NCBI GenBank assembly: GCA_026770705.1
Contig: JANJGN010000013.1
Location: 58,714,001 to 58,778,000 of the forward strand
Reading direction: 5' to 3'
DNA length: 64,000 nucleotides
Origin: Isurus oxyrinchus
Lineage: Eukaryota
Below are positions 50,901 through 63,653 of the stretch, piece by piece (positions within the stretch are counted from its first letter, which is position 1; every line of letters begins with the position of its first letter). Made by a program: the position numbers and the translations under genes. The notes under the pieces were generated by a model. That model made no database searches. It was not told the DNA's origin and saw only the letters and a list, made by a program, of their open reading frames with translations.

Positions 50901-53565
50901 TTTGGAAAATGTGGCCTGCCCACCTGCCCATTTAGCCCATGCAACGGCCTGAAAATTGCTGTGACTACATAAACAATGAGACAATTGTCTCAAAAACTGA
51001 CCACTTAATTAATGATGGGCATGCATCCGTCTTCAACTTCCACCCACCTAACGAAATATTGCGAGAGTGTGCGTTGATGTCAGCATGCTCAGCTGACGTC
51101 AATCTGCTTTATTTTCCACTCAGACATAGAGGGTGCACGTCCTAATGCTGAGCTAAAAATTCTGCCTGTGGTGACAGAAGCTCTGTTCAGGTGGGCACTG
51201 ACCTTTATTCTTTACCATGCAGACGAGGCCAGCCAGACTGAGTGAGCCAGAGGATTTTCAGCGATTGCTGGGTTACCTGCATCCATAGTGCAATTGACTG
51301 CACAGATGTGGCCATCAAAGCCCCAGCAGGTCAGCGGGGTGCCTTCATCAACAGGAAAGGATTCAACTCCATGAACGTGCAGATCATCTGTGACCACAAG
51401 ATGCAGATTCTGCAAGTCTGTACAAGGTACCCTGGCAGCTCCTATGATGCTTATATCCTAACACAATCCCAGGTGCCGAGCCTTTTCAGTGCTCCAGCAC
51501 AACTGGATGGATGGCTGCTGTCTGACAAGGGCTATCTATTGAAAAGGTGGCTTATAACAGCTCTCCACCACCTAAGAACAGAGGCAGAGCAGTGTTATAA
51601 TTGAAGTCATGCCTCCACAAGGGCGGTGATAGAGAGGACCATAGGTCTTCTGAAGATGCGCTTCCTTAACTGTTCAGAGGGAGAACTACAATACTCCCCA
51701 GAGCAGATGTCACTGATAGTGGTTACATGCTGCACTCTCCACAATCTGGCTCTGACAAGGGGAGACCCCTGCCTCTCCATGGCCAGCTGACTGAGGTGGG
51801 ACTTGTTGCGCCAGCTACAAGGCATCCATCTACTACCTCATCAGAATGAGGAGGTTTGGGGGCCTCACCCTGTCTTAGCTCTTTTGTTGGTGTTATGGCT
51901 TCTCTTCTACTGAAGTGCAGAGGAGCATTGATTTGTCTACTCTCTACCCGCAGCAACAGTGCAGCCTAGCAACCACACGCACCCCACCCAGGGCACCTTA
52001 TAGGGCACATCTGAGTCATGGCCCTTGAGCTGCAAGGCACTCAGGCCAAGCAGCCAGTTGTCACCTCCTTGGCCGGCTCTGGTGTCAATGACAGTTGGCA
52101 CTCAGACTCTGTAATCCTGAGCTTCATGGGTAGGTGGCCAGTCCTTAACACTTCTCCACACTGATCCATGCCAACTTGGTACTCACCTTTGCTGAGTGCA
52201 GCAGCAGGTCCTTGAACCTTTTGAGGCACTGCACCCTTGTGCGCCGCACAATGTTGTGGCTGCTGACTTCGGCTGCCACCTCCTCCAAGGCTTTTTTGTT
52301 CAGATGCAGTGGCCTCCTCCTGCCAACCCTGAGTACGAGAGTCCAGCCTGACAACAACCTCCTCCACAAGGACCGTGAGGCACCCGTCCAAGGGCAGAAT
52401 ATGAAGCTCGGTGGGCGGGTGTGTGACTGATCCGGCCAAGTGTAAAATGACGCACAGGAACGTCAGGTGAGTGTCACGACATCATCAGGTAGTCCTGCGA
52501 TATTTCATTCAGCAGGCGTGTGCCAGAATCATCAGCACACATGCTGACAATTAAAATAAAAACAAAGAAAACTGCGGATGCTGGAAATCCAAAACAAAAA
52601 CAGAATTACCTGGAAAAACTCAGCAGGTCTGGCAGCATCGGCGGAGAAGAAAAGAGTTGACGTTTCGAGTCCTCATGACCCTTCAAGTTCTGTCGAAGGG
52701 TCATGAGGACTCGAAACGTCAACTCTTTTCTTCTCCGCCGATGCTGCCAGACCTGCTGAGTTTTTCCAGGTAATTCTGACAATTAAAATACCTGTTAATG
52801 CCTTGAAAAGGGTGATTAAATTCAAATTGATGCTGCCCGTCCAACCTTACGGTTGGTGGACAGACGTAAAGGCCAAGCAGCCTTTACACTTTTTAGGAAA
52901 CTTCATCCAAGGGCGGGATGAGGTTTCCTACAGCAAATAGAAATCAAAAATAAATTTTGCACTTGAATTAAAAACATGCCCCTGTCCATGTGACGGAGTC
53001 ACATAAGGGGACATGTTTTATGACACTTTTAGTTACTTTTTTTAAACAGCACTTCATCTCCCTGAGGCAGCTCTGCACAAAGTTCACGCTCCGCCCGCTT
53101 CCCCTCCCCCACAGGCAGCCCTCAGCGCTGCCGCTCGCATTTCATGCTGAGCAGGCCTTAATTGGCCCACCAGCGTGAAATCGTGGTACGATGCCGATCA
53201 CGGCGGCCGTCGGTGTATTGAATGCCCCCACTGAGCCAAGAAACGGTGGGGCCGAGCGCCCGCCTGACTTATCCGCCCTCCTGACGTTTTCAGCCGCTGG
53301 TGAGGCCCTTGTTTGAACGAAATGGTCTCTGGACAGACTGCAAACATTCTCCCTAGCAGCTGGCTCTGCTGGTTTTAAAGCGCCTGCTGGGTCGCCATTG
53401 GACCCGGCGCCCTACAGGTTCCCGCCCACAGCCAGCCCTTCCCGCAGAGGACGGACCTTAATTAGCCATCCGGCGTGAAATCATGTGCAACGTGACCACG
53501 GCCAGGAACAAACTCCACATCCGCTTCCGCCGACTTAACGCGCATGCCAAGCGTGAATTCGGGTC
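47919..53565. mobile_element. Nest of PIF/Harbinger DNA transposons (second repeat unit)
   Basis: Plus-strand transposase 49063-49520 continues at 51168-51780 (AIDCTDVAIKAP...FINRKGFNSMNVQIIC...DKGY) and is split by an inner element at 49521-51167 with a minus-strand transposase. Minus-strand Myb/SANT at ~52180-52390 (RRTRVQCLKRFKDLL). The right end is approximate. Confidence 0.88.
52559..52775. mobile_element. Hairpin Penelope pLTR insertion
   Basis: Opposed pLTR ends flanked by the 15-bp TSD CTGACAATTAAAATA (52544-52558 / 52776-52790). Confidence 0.9.
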
Positions 53566-53819
53566 ATCATTTTATTTACTTGCCATTGCCTAGTATGAGG
53601 AGCTCATGTATTTATTTCCCCTGATTTCTGAACAAGACCCATCTGATCACCCCATATCACTTCTTGGCCCCTTGCTAGCTAATATTGGAAATGTCTCACC
53701 TCGAGCATTACTTCGTTCCTGCCTTGAAAAGCTGCTATCATCACTGCTGTCTTCAAAATAATATGCTCAACACTTCAATGCTTGTAACTTACTAACCCAT
53801 TTGCAAATTCCTTCAACAT

Positions 53820-55055
53820 CTCCCTCCAGGTGTTTGACAAGGTGTTTGCTAAAACTCACTTTCCCAGCCATATTTTCTTGCTCAGCAACTCTCTGACTTA
53901 ACCCACGTGGATTCCAACTGAAGTTCCATCCCTCATTTTTCGAATCCACCCAGGATTACAGGTATCTTTGGGGCATACAACATTCCAGGACCCCCTGGTC
54001 CACTGCTCCATCACCCCCAACTCCTCATCCCTTTCCCACAGCACCATCCCATGCAATCACACAGATGCAACACCTGCCCCTTTACCTCCTCCCTCTCACC
54101 GCCCAAGGGCCCAGACATTCCTTTCAGGTGAAGCAGTGCTTCACTTGCACCTCCTTCAATTTGGTTGATTACATTTGCTGCTCCCAATGCAGTCCCCTCT
54201 ACATTGGGAAGACCAAACACAAACTGGGTGACCACTTTGTGGAACACCTTCAGCTATCCACAAGCATGACCCAGACCTTTCTGTTGCTTGCCATTTCAAC
54301 ACACCTTCCTGCTCTCATGCCCACATGTCTGCCCTTGGCCTGCTGCAATGTCCCAGTGAAGCCCGACGCAAACTGAAGGAACAGCACCTCATCTTGCAAT
54401 TCTGCACTTTACAGCCTTTTGGACTTAGTATTGAGTTCAACAACTTCAGACCATGAACTCTCTCGTCTATCTACACCCCGTTTTTATCCCTTTTCCTAAA
54501 TTCATTTTTATTCATTATTCACTTATTTTTAATGTTAGTCATTTTTATTTTCATTCATTTATTCATAACTTTATCTTCCTTTTTATCCCCCCTTCTTATC
54601 CCATTTTCAATCCCTTATTCCCCCACCGCCCGTCCCCCCTACTCCACCCCACAAGGGCCATCTGTTACTTGTTCCTGTTGTTCTTTTCAGAGTGCTTACC
54701 CTTGTCTTGCTATTGTCACATTCTGCTTTCATACCTTTATGCCACTATCAGCACCTTTTTAGCCTTTACCAATACCATTAACACTCCCTTTGTCCTTTTG
54801 TTTATGACACCTTTGTCAATCTCTCCTTTGCCCCACCTATTGCTGGCCTTCTATCCAGCTCTCCCTCCCCCCTCCCTTAAACAGTATAAATTTCAACACG
54901 TTTCTACTTCTCTCTAGCCCTGAAGGAGGGTCATACAGACTCGAAACATCAACACTGTTTCTCGCTCCAGAGATGCTGTCAGACATGCTGAGTTGTTTTC
55001 CAGCATTTTCCACTTTTGTTTCAGGTTTCCAGCATCTGCAGTATTTTGCTTTTAT
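53820..55055 (+). mobile_element. Older, internally deleted Penelope-like element
   Basis: The ORF N-terminal piece (VFDKVFAKT...) is joined at ~53980 directly to the GIY-YIG part (CSQCSPLYIGKTK), followed by a pLTR with a hammerhead motif at ~54917-54953. Degenerate TSD TCCTT(C/G)AACAT. Confidence 0.8.
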
Positions 55056-57301
55056 CCTTGAACATTTTGTCGTCTCCCAAATTCATGCCTATCTTTTGCG
55101 CAATTCCAGGTTTGAATCTTTACAATCAAGTTTCAAACCCCGTCTTAGCAATATAACATCCTTAAACAAAGTAACCAATTACATTCTCTATGATTGACTG
55201 TGGTTCAGAATTCTTCCTTTCCCTTCTCGACCTCTCTGCTGCCCTTGACATGGTTACGCACCCCAACTTTCTCCAATGACTGTTGTCCACCCAGGTGAGG
55301 CTGTCTTCCCTTACCTCCTGTTTTATAGGAACATAAGAAATAGGAGCAGGAGTAGGCCGTTCGGCCCCACGAGTCTGCTCCGCCATTGAACTAGATCATG
55401 GCTGATCTTCTCCTTCAATGCTATTTTTTTTTCGCATTTTCCCCTTATCTCTTTATATGTTTAGTATCTAGAAATCTATCCATTTCCGCTCTCATCTACG
55501 GAATGAGAATTAGAACATCTCCAGAAATAGCTTCTCACCACTACAGTGTTATATCTGGAGTCACGAATAATCTGAGTTTGGGTCCGTAGTGTTTCACATT
55601 TCCATACCACCGCGTGGGTTTATCATTTCGAATCATAGAGTGGGAGTACAGAAGGAGGCCATTCAGCCTTTCGCGTCTGCACTGGCTTTTGGGAAGAGGA
55701 AATCAGTAAATCCCACTCTCCCCACCTTTTCCCATATTCCTGCCAATATTCCTCCTTGTAATTATATGGCGATATCAGAAAATCCTGGAGCGCTTCAAAG
55801 TCAATGAAATACTTTTTGAAGTGTAGTCCCTGTTGTGACGTGGGGATCACGGCAGCTAATTTGTAACAGCAAACTTCCGCAAGCAGAAACTTTATCCCGA
55901 CAACATCATCATTTCTAGTGATGTTCATTGGGGGTTAAATATTGATTCAAGACACTAAGGATAACTTCCCTTGTTTTTCTTTTAATAGTATCAGGGATTT
56001 TGTTTTGCATCCACCTGGGAGAGCAATTGAAGACTCGGGTTGATGTCTCATCCAAAACATAGCACTGCCTGCAGCGTCAGGCGAGATTAAATAAATGCAA
56101 TGTTGTAGAAATGCTTTTAATTCGTTTAAGCGACCGGAAAACGAGGCATCTTTTTTTTTAAATCCAAACCCTGATTCATTTATCAATGTATTTGTTAAGT
56201 GCCTGCAGCTGCCACTCTACTATCATTAACAGAGTTCGTCGGCTTGCACATGAGATATCGCAGATGTACAGCCACAGAACCGAGCCTGGACAAACGGCTC
56301 ATCATCAAACAAGCGCACAATCCGTCCGAAAGCAGAGGTTTGCTTATGTTAAAATCTTGCTCAAACGGTTCTAATTTGGTTTTAGCAAACTCCTTTTGCG
56401 TGCGTGATTTCCATGAGTGAAGCCAATTTTAAAAATCTTTCTCCTTTTCGCAAACCATTGGTTCCTACTTATTTCCGGATTGTCTTTCGTGGCTTCTATC
56501 TTGATAACAGATATCCAGTTTTTGTTTAATGCATCTGCCTATTCCTTCATCTCTATTCTGATTTCACCTGTCTTTGCCACTAATTTCCCCACATTTATAT
56601 TCATCACCCTCTTCCTATTTATATACATTTAGAAACGTTTACAATTTGTTTTTATGACAAGTGCTAGTCTACTCTTTCCGCTAACAGTATGGGTTTTTTG
56701 GTCCTCCTAATCCTCTGGCATGCTGTTCTTTTGGAAATATATCATACTTGCGCACACATACAGAGTTGTCTGTGGTGTCAGGGTGTGTAGAAGTGCTTCA
56801 TTTGACCCCATAACAATAGTGGAATTTGTTCTGAGAAATCTTCGCGCACTCTTTATACACTTAGCCTTAATAATATCGAAACGTCTGATAGGTAAAGCCA
56901 GTTTTTTTTTTAAAAAACCTTCCTATTTTCTTCGTCAATAATCAGCACCAAAAAACGCAATGCCTGAATGTAAGGGATGGGACCAGGAAGAGGCCATTTG
57001 GCCCTTCGGGTCTGCTGCACCATTCAACAAGATCATCTAACTCAACTCCACTTTTTGCTCTACCCCCAAATTCGTCAATCCGTTTAAAAATCTATCAATC
57101 TCTGTCTTGAATCTATACAACGGCTGCTCTTCCACGGCTCCCTGGGGTAAAGAATTCCAAATATTCCAAATTTATTGGTAATTGGGGAGGCCCAGGTATT
57201 GATCCTTGCTCGTTACAGCCTGCCAACGCGAAAAGGATCCATAAATTCCTATTTAATTTCTGACCATTCACCAATCTCAATTCATGCTAATATATTGCAC
57301 C

Positions 57302-60300
57302 TGAAGATGCAGAAAATTTGGATTTATTTTAAAGTGTTAGCCAGGACCAGAGCACCAAAGCATACACAATAACAGCCTTACATGAAAGCTAAAAACTTCT
57401 ACAAAGGGCTCAGCTGTAAATTTGCAATTAGGAAATGGGAGACACACGGACGGGGACACGGAATAACTCAATCAAGGAATGGGGAAAAAAAATAAAAACA
57501 AAAAAACTGCGGATGCTGGAAATCCAAAACAAAAACAGAATTACATGGAAAAACTCAGCAGGTCTGGCAGCATCGGCGGAGAAGAAAAGAGTTGACGTTT
57601 CGAGTCCTCATGACCCTTCGACAGAACTTGAGTTCGAGTCCAAGAAAGAGTTGAAATATAAGCTGGTTTAAGGTGTGTGTGGGGGGGGGGGGGGGGGGGG
57701 CGGAGAAAGAGAGAGAGAAGTGGAGTGGGGGTGTGGTTGTAGGGACAAACAAGCAGTGATAGAAGCAGATCATCAAAAGATGTCAACAACAATAGAACAA
57801 AAGAACACATAGGTGTTAAAGTTGCTGATATTATCTAAACAAATGTGCTAATTAAGAATGGATGGTAGGGCACTCAAGGTATAGCTCTAGTGGGGGTGGA
57901 GGGAGCATAAAAGATTTTAAAATATTTAAAAATAATGGAAATAGGTGGAAAAAGAAAAATCTATATAATTTTTTGGAAAAAAAAGGAAGGGGGAAACAGA
58001 AAGGGGGTGGGGATGGAGGAGGGAGCTCAACACCCAAAGCTGTTGAATTCAATATTCAGTCCGGAAGGTTGTGCTTAGTTGGAAGATGAGGTGTTGTTCC
58101 TTCAGTTTGCGTTGGGCTTCACTGGAACAATGCAGCAAGCCAAGGACAGACATGTGGGCAAGAGAGCAGGGTGGAGTGTTAAAATGGCAAGCGACAGGGA
58201 GGTTTGGGTCATTCTTGTGGACAGACCACAGGTGTTCTGCAAAGTGGTCGCCCAGTTTACGTTTGGTATCTCCAATGTAGAGGAGACCACATTGGGAGCA
58301 ACGAATGCAGTAGACTAAGTTGGGGGAAATGCAAGTGAAATGCTGCTTCACTTGAAAGAAATGTTTGGGCCCTTGGACGGTGAGAAGAAAGGAAGTGAAG
58401 GGGCAGGTGTTGCATCTTTTGCGTGGGCATAGGGTGGTGCCACAGGAGGGGGTTGAGGAGTAGGGGATGATGGAGGAGTGGACCAGGGTGTCCCGGAGGG
58501 AGCAATCCCTACGGAATGCTGATAGGGGGGGTTGAAGGGAAGATGTGTTTGGTGGTGGCATCATGCTGGAGTTGGCGGAAATGGCGGAGGATGATCCTTT
58601 GAATGCGGAGGCTGGTGGGGTGATAAGTGAGGACAAGGGGGACCCTATCATGTTTCTGGGAGGGAGGAGAAGGCATGAGGGCGGATGCACGGGAGATGGG
58701 CCAGACACGGTTGAGGGCCCTGTCAACGACGGTGGGTGGAAAACCTCGGTTAAGGAAGAAGGAGGACATATCAGAGGAACTGTTTTTGAAGGTAGCATAA
58801 TCGGAACAGATGCGACGGAGGCGAAGGAACTGAGAGAATGGGATGGAGTCCTTACAGGAAGCCGGGTGTGAGGAGCTGTAGTCGAAGTAGCTGTGGGAGT
58901 CGGTGGGTTTGGAATGGATATTGGTGGACAGTCTATCACCAGAGATTGAGACAGAGAGGTCAAGGAAGGGAAGGAAAGTGTTAGAGATGGACCACGTGAA
59001 AATGATGGAGGGGTGGAGATTGGAAGCAAAATTAATACATTTTTCCAAGTCCCGATGAGAGCATGAAGCAGCACCGAAGCAATCATCGATGTACCGGAGA
59101 AAGAGTTGTGGAAGGGGGCCGGAGTAGGACTGCAACAAGGAATGTTCCACATACCCCATAAAGAGACAGGCACACCTTTTATTTGGAGGAAGTGAGAGGA
59201 GTTGAAGGAGAAATTGTTCAGCGTGAGAACAAGTTCAGCCAGACGGAGGAGAGTAGTGCTGGATGGAGATTGTTCGGGCCTCTGTTCGAGGAAGAAGCTA
59301 AGGGCCCCTTTACCATCCTGGTGGGGGATGGAGGTGTAGAGGGATTGGATGTCTATGGTGAAGAGGAAGCGGTTGGAGCCAGGGAACTGGAAATTGTTGA
59401 TGTGACGTAAGGTGTCAGAGGAATCACGGATGTAGGTGGGAAGGGACTGGACAAGGGGAGAGAGAAGGGAGTCAAGATAATGAGAAATGAGTTCTATGGG
59501 GCAGGAGCAAGCTGAGATGATTGGTCTACCAGGGCAGTTCTGTTTGTGGATTTTGGGTAGGAGATAGAAGCAGGCCATCCGAGGTTGGGCGACTATCAGG
59601 TTGGAAGCTGTGGGAGGAAGATCCCCAGAGGAGATGAGGTCAGTGACAGTCCTGGAAACAATGGCTTGATGTTCAGTGGTGGAGTCATGGTCCAGGGAGA
59701 GGTAGGAGGAAGTGTCTGCGAGTTGATGCTCAGCCTCCGTGAGGTAGAGGTCAGTGCGCCAAACCACAACAGCATCACCCTTGTCAGCGGGTTTGATGAT
59801 AATGTCAGGATTGGACCTGAGAGAATGGAGTGCTGTAAGTTCAGAGAGAGACAGGTTAGAATGGGTGAAAGGAGCAGAGAAATTGAGACAACTAATGTCA
59901 CGCCGACAGTTCTCAATGAAAAGATCAAGAGAAGGTAAGAATCCAGAGGCAGAGGTCCAGGTGGAGGGAGAATAATGGGGATGGATAAAAGAATCCGTTG
60001 AACTGGGAGAGGACTCCTGCCCAAAGAAGTGAGCCCAGAGATGAAGACAGCGGAAGAAGAGTTCAGCATCATGCCGAGCCCGAAATTCATTGAGGTGAGG
60101 GCATAAGGGTATGAAACTAAGTCCTTTGCTGAGCACTGAACGTTCAGCATCAGAGAGGGGAAGGTCAGGGGGTATAGTGAATACACGGCTGGGGCTGGGA
60201 TTGGAAGATGGGGTGGGCATGGAGGGACAGGCAGAGGTGGAGGGTCCTAGATGGGTGTTGGTGTCGATGAGTTGTTGGAGCTTGCGTTCCTTAGCACTTG

Positions 60301-60998
60301 AGAGAAAGAGAAAAAGTTTCTTGTTGAGGCGTCAGATGAGCCGAAGAATAAAATGAAACTGGGGGCACGCGCAGCTTTGAAAAAGGGTACGGCGGTGCTG
60401 CTGGAGGGAGAGATTGAGTGTGTTCATATGGCGGCGCATGGCACTGAGTGTGCATTTCAGAATGTGACGGGAACAGCAGTCTGAGAAACATTTTATGTCC
60501 CGGAGATACCTGTAATCCTGGGTGGGTTCGAAACATGAGGGGTGGAATTTCAGTTGAAATCCACGTGGGGTAAGTCGGAGACGGAGACAGTCACTGAGAA
60601 AGGAGATATGGCTGTGAAAGCGGGTTTTAGTAAACACCTTGTCAAACACCAGGAGGGAAATGGAAAGCAATGAAGGTGAGCAAGGCAAAAGAGAGGTACG
60701 GAAATCTTGTCGCAGAAAAGAACAGAACTTCTTCAAGGAGGTAGGCATTTCTTGAAGAGCAGTGGCAGTCAATTAAACACAGAGATAAAAACAAAAAAAC
60801 TGCGGATGCTGGAAATCCAAAACAAAAACAGAATTACCTGGAAAAACTCAGCAGGTCTGGCAGCATCGGCGGAGAAAAAAAGAGTTGACGTTTCGAGTCC
60901 TCATGACCCTTCAACAGAACTTGAGTTTGAGTCCAAGAAAGAGTTGAAATATAAGCTGGTTTAAGGTGTGTTGGGCGGGGGGGGTGGGGGGGGGTGCG

Positions 60999-61029
<31 letters not shown>

Positions 61030-61904
61030 GGAGGGGTGGTGTGGTTGTAGGGACAAACAAGCAGTGATAGAAGCAGATCATCAAAAGATGTCAACAACAA
61101 TAGAACAAAAGAACACATAGGTGTTAAAGTTGCTGATATTATCTAAACGAATGTGCTAATTAAGAATGGATGATAGGGCACTCAAGGTATAGCTCTAGTG
61201 GGGGTGGAGGGAGCATAAAAGATTTTAAAATATTTAAAAATAATGGAAATAGGTGGGAAAAGAAAAATCTATATAATTTCTTGGAAAAAAAAAGGAAGGG
61301 GGAAACAGAAAGGGAGTGGGGATGGAGGAGGGAGCTCAACACCTAAAGTTGTTGAATTCAATATTCAGTCCGGAAGGTTGTAAAGTGCTTAGTCGGAAGA
61401 TGAGGTGTTGTTCCTCCAGTTTGCATTGGGCTTCACTGGAACAATGCAGCAAGCCAAGGACAGACATGTGGGCAAGACAGCAGGGTGGAGTGTTAAAATG
61501 GCAAGCAACAGGGAGGTTTGGGTCATTCTTGCGGACAGACCACAGGAAATGGGGAAGGCCATTTCGCTCCATCTGATAGCCATCTTCAAAAAAGACAATG
61601 CCCAGTCTCTGCACTGCAATTACTGTACAGGAACACAATTATCAACCCATGGGGGGTGGGGGGGGGGGGGGGAGTGCGGCGTGCGGGGTGTCATTGGGCA
61701 TTGGGCTGTGGCCTTTGTCTAACGAATACCATTAAGTTGTAACTGATAGTAAAAGATATATAAATTCTGCTCATTTGAAACCTCGGTGGGGAAGGGCCTG
61801 GCCCAGCGTTTGCTCCCCGCATGCGTAATAAAGGAACCACTTGAATATTGCATCTGGACCCCGAGTGTTGAAATTTTGTACCAGAGTATTCCTCGGACCT
61901 TTCA
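57302..61904 (+). mobile_element. ERV-like solo LTR (~530 bp) split by the Penelope insertion
   Basis: Ends TGAA...TTCA with a 4-bp TSD CACC/CGCC; two ATTGG boxes (~61693-61704), TATATAAA (61757-61764) and AATAAA (61827-61832). The flanks rejoin to match empty sites at ~3190 and ~36020. Confidence 0.72.
57487..61546 (-). mobile_element. Near full-length Penelope-like element with partial-tandem pLTR structure
   Basis: An upstream partial copy (GIY-YIG end plus pLTR, ~60785-61546), an ORF from ATG 60748 to 58049 (IIIKPADKG, FYLLPKIHK, PGRPIIS, YIRDS, RYIDD, GIY-YIG) with one stop, a ~31-nt deletion and frameshifts, and a downstream pLTR. Flanking duplication AATGGGGAA (57478-57486 / 61548-61556). 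Confidence 0.93.
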
Positions 61905-63191
61905 CGCCCAATCCCCTGGGCTCTAGTTTTGTGTAATGAACTTTTGTGTGCCACCTGACTTAATGTTTAATTCTGCAAAATCCTAATAAACTAACTCCAC
62001 TGGTTCCACATTATCCTTCTTACTACTGACATCTCAGTACTAGGTTATTATGCCCCTAAAAAGAAGATTGTAGCAATTTTCTGCAACTGGTGATAGGCTA
62101 ACTGGCTGTTGGTCTCCTATTTTCTTTATTCCTCCTTTCTGGAATATCAGGTTTATGTTTGCTACCTTCCAATCCTTGGAACTGTTCTAGAACCCAAGAG
62201 ACCCCAGAAGCTCGATATCAACGCATCTCTGCGTCTACCTCGTGTAAAACTCTAAGATGCAGCTCGTCAGGTCCAGGGGGTTCATCACAATTTATTCCCA
62301 TTAATTTCACCTGAAGTACTTACTAATTAATCCTGATTTATTTAGCTTTCTCCTTCTCGCACACTATCGGTTTCTAATTATTCCCGGATTGTGGCTTCTA
62401 TCTTGATAACAGATATCCAGTTTTTGTTTAATGTCTCTGCCTATTCCTTCATCTCCATGTTGATTTCACCTGTCTTTCCCACTAACTTCCCCACATTTGT
62501 ATTCATCGCCCTATTCCTAATTATATACATTTAGAAACGTTTGCAGTCTGTTTTTATGACAGGTCTTTTTCCGCTTACAGTCTTGGACCCCCACCCCACC
62601 CACAATCCTCTGGCATTGCGTTCTTTTGGAAATATATATCTACGCACACACAGGCACACACACATTTACTATGATGTCAGGGTGTGTAGAAGTGCTTCAT
62701 CTGACCCCATAACAGTTGTGGAATTTGTTTTGAGAAATCTTCGCGCACTCTTTATAAACTTAACCTTAATAATATCGAAACGTCTGATGGGTAAAGCTAG
62801 TTTTAAAAAACCCTTCCTATTTCCTTAATCAAAAATCAACACCAAACACTTAATGCCTGAAAATAAGAAAAGGGAGCAGGAAGAGACCGTTCGACCCTTC
62901 GAGTCTGCTGCGCCATTCAACAAGATCATGGCTGATCTTGCACATCAACTCCACCTTACTGCACTGTCCCCAAATCCGTTAACTCGCCTAATACCCCAAA
63001 CCTGTGAATTTCTGTCTTGATTATTCACAACGGCTGCACATCCACAGCTCTCTGGGGTAGTCGATTCCAAATATATTTTAAACGGTGGAAGCGCAAGTCC
63101 TGATCCTTGCGTCAGCCTAACATAATAGACTTCAGTTATTTTTCATCAGAAATAAAAGACACGAAACGGCGCTGCATTTGATATTCGGCCA

Positions 63192-63202
63192 TTTATTTTA
63201 TT
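63192..63202 (-). terminator. Putative polyadenylation signal(s) for C4
   Basis: Overlapping TTTATT hexamers at the position homologous to 4196-4201. Confidence 0.55.
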
Positions 63203-63395
63203 GAGAAGCTGTATAGGAAAGTCTAATAGTAATTAATTACTTAAGATGCCATAACCATATTACTGCCTTTAATTAACTTTCCCGGTTGCATTACCGTGAA
63301 TTAATGAACATTGACTTTTCACTTAACACCTGCAATCTTCCGGTGGAAGAACTTTAAAAATAGAAATTCTTACAAAGCGATGCTCCAACTGCAAT

Positions 63396-63530
63396 AATAT
63401 AATAACAAAAAACTGCGGATGCTGGAAATCCAAAACAAAAACAAAAATAAAAATACCTGGAAAAACTCAGCAGGTCTGACAGCATCTGCAGAGAGGAACA
63501 CGATTAACGTTTCGAGTCCGTATGACTCTT
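63396..63530 (-). mobile_element. Short Penelope pLTR insertion in the C4 3' UTR (related subfamily)
   Basis: 10-bp TSD CAACTGCAAT (63386-63395 / 63531-63540); the insert is truncated inside the hammerhead motif. Confidence 0.85.
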
Positions 63531-63653
63531 CAACTGCAATGGCCATTTGCTTAAATCTCCGAAATGCAATCAATTTCTCCCGTTTTTGTCACATGAAAGA
63601 AATTAATAGGAATGAACAAACATTCTCAGCTGAGTCAAGTACAGTTTGCGAAA

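Noticed and set aside
58049-60220. 723-aa ORF as an intact autonomous Penelope protein
   Set aside because: The middle is out of frame (the RYIDD segment is in ORF 58509-59159), motif B is partly deleted, and there is an upstream stop at 60332.
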